DNA of 26,913 nt from a virus. Its lineage: Duplodnaviria; Caudoviricetes. How positions within the stretch are numbered: the first letter of the stretch is position 1; each line of letters starts with the position of its first letter. Where the stretch lies: IMG/VR virus record IMGVR_UViG_3300032373_000095, positions 1 through 26,913 of that record; one strand, written 5' to 3'. Made by a program: the position numbers and the translations under genes. This document shows, piece by piece, positions 23,957 through 26,913 of this stretch. The notes under the pieces are model-generated. The model was not told where the DNA came from, made no database searches, and was given only the letters and a program-made list of their open reading frames with translations.

Positions 23957-26913
23957 TGGCTAGAGTACCCACGTTAAAGGTAGGTGCCGTAAGGCTTGAC
24001 CCACTTGACCCTTCGTTTCGTACAAGCGCGGGCTTGGACAGAAGTTCTTTTGGTGGTGCGGTAGCAGATGCAACTTTGACCAAGGCACAGAGTATCAAAG
24101 CTGCTGTACGGGCTAAGCTTCAGGAGGGGCAAGCGGCTGAAGACGCAGGAAAAGCTGAGGCGGCTGGTCTGGAGGGGCTTGGTGGGGGTTTGACATCCCT
24201 GAGCAGTGACATGACAAAGATCGCTCTTGATCGCCAAATACAGGACAATGAACGGGAGGCTGGACAAGCTTACGTAACGCTTGCAGAAAAAACAAACGCT
24301 ATTAAATCTGAGTACAACAAGCTGAGTGGGCAAGCAGCGCTTGATGCAAAAGATAAAACGCAGGAAGATATCCTGAAGGCGCGTACAGAAGTTATCGACA
24401 GTTCCAGCAACCCGCATGTCAGGGGCATGATCACTAAAAATGCTGGTGTTAAAACTCAGGCTGAGTTGTTTGAGCTTGAGCGCAAGGACGGGCTAAACCG
24501 CAAAAAGGCAAATGACGATACCTCTCTGGCTATTATAGGTGCGGCAGTTAATACTGCTGCCGCTAATACAGAAGCTGTACCTGCATCACGTGCTGCCATC
24601 ATAGCTCAAGTCGACACAATGGCCGAAAACAACGGCTGGACCGGCAAACTGAAACCCGTGCATGACCTACAGATGAATGAGCATCTGAACAGTCTGCACA
24701 CTGGCGTAATTGACACCATGGTATCCAAGCGAGACTATGCCAAGGGCGTGGATTACATGAGCCGTGTTATGGCGGTAGAAGAGAAATCCGGTAGCGCTGA
24801 ATTTACCGCTTCCGGCAGGGCTGCGGCACAGAATAAATTAAACAGGGCTATAGGCCAACAGGTGACCTTGTTGTCGCGTGGTACTTCGGCGCTAAAAGCA
24901 TCACTTGATTTTGGCATCCACCCAAAGTCGGCAGTTCAGAACCAAGTCAGGGAGTTGAAGAAACTTGCGCCTGTAAGCTCTGCTGCACAGAAGCAGTTAG
25001 AAGCGCTGCAAGAGTCAATAGAAGACTACCCAAGGGTAAAAGAGTTCGGGGAGATGACACCCCCTGACCAAACAAAAGTTATTGAACGGTGGAAGCAGCA
25101 CCAGGACATACCTTTGGACGATGCTCGTAGGCTCATGAAATACGAACGCAAGTTCACGGGGGCGGCAGGTAAGTACGTTCGCGGACTTGCAGATGAGGCT
25201 AATCAAGCATCTATCGCCATCAAAGCCAGCGAAGGTAGTATAACAAATCTGACTGATAATTTTGGGGGCTTGATGCAATCCCTGAAAGTCATGGCGGGTG
25301 CCGGGGATACAACCTCACAGCTTATCCTTAAAGGGCTCCGCAGGGATTTGGAAGACGCAGGCATGTTGAAGAAGTGGGACGCTGTGTCCGGTAAGCAGAG
25401 GGTGCTGGATGCTGAGGGTATACGTACCGGCGCTGCTGCACGTACCCTCCCTGCCCGCGCTGCCGGAGCAAATGCAGAGACTGCTGCTGCTAAAGCCGAA
25501 GTCACCGCACAGGTAACTCTGGCAGCGCCACGCACGGCCCAGATCGTGACCGCCCTGGAGACAGGTACAGAAGACCCGGACATGCTCACGCACATGGCCG
25601 AACTACAGAAATGGGCTGAGACTGGAAATGTTCAGGCTGTGAAGCAGTTGGAGAAGATTGCGTTTTCCAAGCGGGCAAAAGATTTTGCACAGGGGTTGCG
25701 GTTTGATAAGATGAACCTGCGTCCTCTGGCTCAAAGAATCCTTGAAAGGCTTGAGATTAACAAGAAGGCCAGTGTAGCACCTGAAGAACTTGCAGGTTTG
25801 AAAATCCATAAAGCGACGTTTGACAAGGAAGTTAAAGACGCCATGTCAGGACTCGCTGAAGAAGTTAAAGAAACCATAAAGATTTTAGAAGGCTCTCCAA
25901 CCGATGGCGTGTCTGGTAAAATACCAAAGCATCTGGATCGGGTAAGAGGTACCTTACAGAACATGATTAGCCTTAGTGTTGACGGGGCTGAAAAACTTGC
26001 GCTTGAGTTGGATGAAGGTACAAAGACATTTATCCTTGGCCACGATGTTGATGATATGACTATTGATCAGCAGGGCCGCATCATCAGGAACGTCAACGCC
26101 CAAGGTACGCTTGAGCCTTATGAGTTCCGCCAGTTGAAGCGGCGTATACAGTCACGTCAACGTTTGATAAAAGGTATCGAAGCCGGTAATGGCTTACAGA
26201 TCGCAGAAGAGAAGCAAATCATTCCGCCACTCCCTGACTACGATCCTAACAGCCGTGACTACTGGATGACTGTTAGTGCCTCTGCCACCAAGGTAGAAAA
26301 GCAGTGGGGTGTGCCGGTACTGCCAGTAAACAAAGAGCGGTTGGAAGACATCTCAAACGTAATCATGGGTAAAGCCATCGACGGCGTTCCGACCAGCGTT
26401 GTGGACTCCACAACAATGCTGAATGCGTTGAAGAGTGGTTTAACAGAGCCGCAGCTTGATATGGTGGCGCAGGAAGTTGTGTCCAAACACCCTGAGTTTG
26501 CGGTTGTGTTGTCTGAGTCAGATGACTCTGTTAACCGGGAGATACTTAGTGGTGTTCGTATCCTCAACACCCCCGGCAACAAGCTTGGGGTGCCTACGGT
26601 TAAGCTGCAAAGGACCATGAGCAACGAGATGGGGAATACGTTCATGTCCGAAAACAGCGACCCATACATCCCGTACCAACGGGCGGCTGTAGCTATCTAC
26701 GTTTCCCGCCGTCAGGGGCAGGGGGATGATGAGCTATTCCATGAGGCAACACTTAAAGCCGCCATACACCAAGCTACGGGTGGAATCCTCAAGTCCAGTG
26801 GTCAAAGCTTTCTCGCGCCTGTACGGGACTTCAGTCAGGATGACTGGGACTCTATGTGGACGGGCATGACGCAGGACCAGTTCTTGCAGTACGGAAACGG
26901 TTACCCCGTGGCC
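23956..26913 (+). CDS. Large internal virion (ejection) protein, 3' end outside window
   Basis: Not in ORF track; ATG overlaps upstream TAA; MARVPTLKVGAVRLDP...YNKLSGQAALDA; frame appears open to window end (986 codons), helical Ala-rich composition. Confidence 0.8.
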   Translation, partial: MARVPTLKVGAVRLDPLDPSFRTSAGLDRSSFGGAVADATLTKAQSIKAAVRAKLQEGQAAEDAGKAEAAGLEGLGGGLTSLSSDMTKIALDRQIQDNEREAGQAYVTLAEKTNAIKSEYNKLSGQAALDAKDKTQEDILKARTEVIDSSSNPHVRGMITKNAGVKTQAELFELERKDGLNRKKANDDTSLAIIGAAVNTAAANTEAVPASRAAIIAQVDTMAENNGWTGKLKPVHDLQMNEHLNSLHTGVIDTMVSKRDYAKGVDYMSRVMAVEEKSGSAEFTASGRAAAQNKLNRAIGQQVTLLSRGTSALKASLDFGIHPKSAVQNQVRELKKLAPVSSAAQKQLEALQESIEDYPRVKEFGEMTPPDQTKVIERWKQHQDIPLDDARRLMKYERKFTGAAGKYVRGLADEANQASIAIKASEGSITNLTDNFGGLMQSLKVMAGAGDTTSQLILKGLRRDLEDAGMLKKWDAVSGKQRVLDAEGIRTGAAARTLPARAAGANAETAAAKAEVTAQVTLAAPRTAQIVTALETGTEDPDMLTHMAELQKWAETGNVQAVKQLEKIAFSKRAKDFAQGLRFDKMNLRPLAQRILERLEINKKASVAPEELAGLKIHKATFDKEVKDAMSGLAEEVKETIKILEGSPTDGVSGKIPKHLDRVRGTLQNMISLSVDGAEKLALELDEGTKTFILGHDVDDMTIDQQGRIIRNVNAQGTLEPYEFRQLKRRIQSRQRLIKGIEAGNGLQIAEEKQIIPPLPDYDPNSRDYWMTVSASATKVEKQWGVPVLPVNKERLEDISNVIMGKAIDGVPTSVVDSTTMLNALKSGLTEPQLDMVAQEVVSKHPEFAVVLSESDDSVNREILSGVRILNTPGNKLGVPTVKLQRTMSNEMGNTFMSENSDPYIPYQRAAVAIYVSRRQGQGDDELFHEATLKAAIHQATGGILKSSGQSFLAPVRDFSQDDWDSMWTGMTQDQFLQYGNGYPVA

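Noticed and set aside
6876-24596. Partial palindrome matches at 6876 (GATCACGTG), 20820 (CACGTGATC) and 24583 (GCATCACGTGCTGC)
   Set aside because: Incomplete cores that lack the full flank consensus; could be chance, so not counted.
9618-26913. Diversity-generating retroelement, suggested by BPP-1-like structural genes
   Set aside because: No reverse transcriptase or adenine-variant template/variable repeat pair seen in this window.

Overview
Fragment of a tailed-phage genome with podovirus-type (BPP-1/epsilon15/phiV10-like, T7-supergroup architecture) structural genes; no integrase or host genes are visible. Left (minus strand, runs off the window): a bifunctional primase-polymerase fused to a RecA-type helicase. 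1.4-5.7 kb (+): small accessory genes with sigma70-like promoters and terminators, including a secreted protein, a basic H1-like protein with a very acidic tail, a Lys-rich protein with an FtsZ-tail-like motif and an adenine DNA methyltransferase. 6.1-6.5 kb: AT-rich, iteron-bearing candidate origin. 5.7-8.9 kb (-): small early-type genes with a shared leader. From 9.6 kb (+): terS, terL, repeat-expanded Gly/acidic protein, portal, scaffold, major capsid, cement, tail tubular A/B, internal virion proteins (last one truncated by the window). Most striking unexplained signal: seven exact copies of the palindrome GATCACGTGATC, all fitting a 20-bp consensus RRYR-GATCACGTGATC-YRYY, spaced 2.0-3.9 kb apart. 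All family assignments come from motif recognition and gene order by eye, not database searches.
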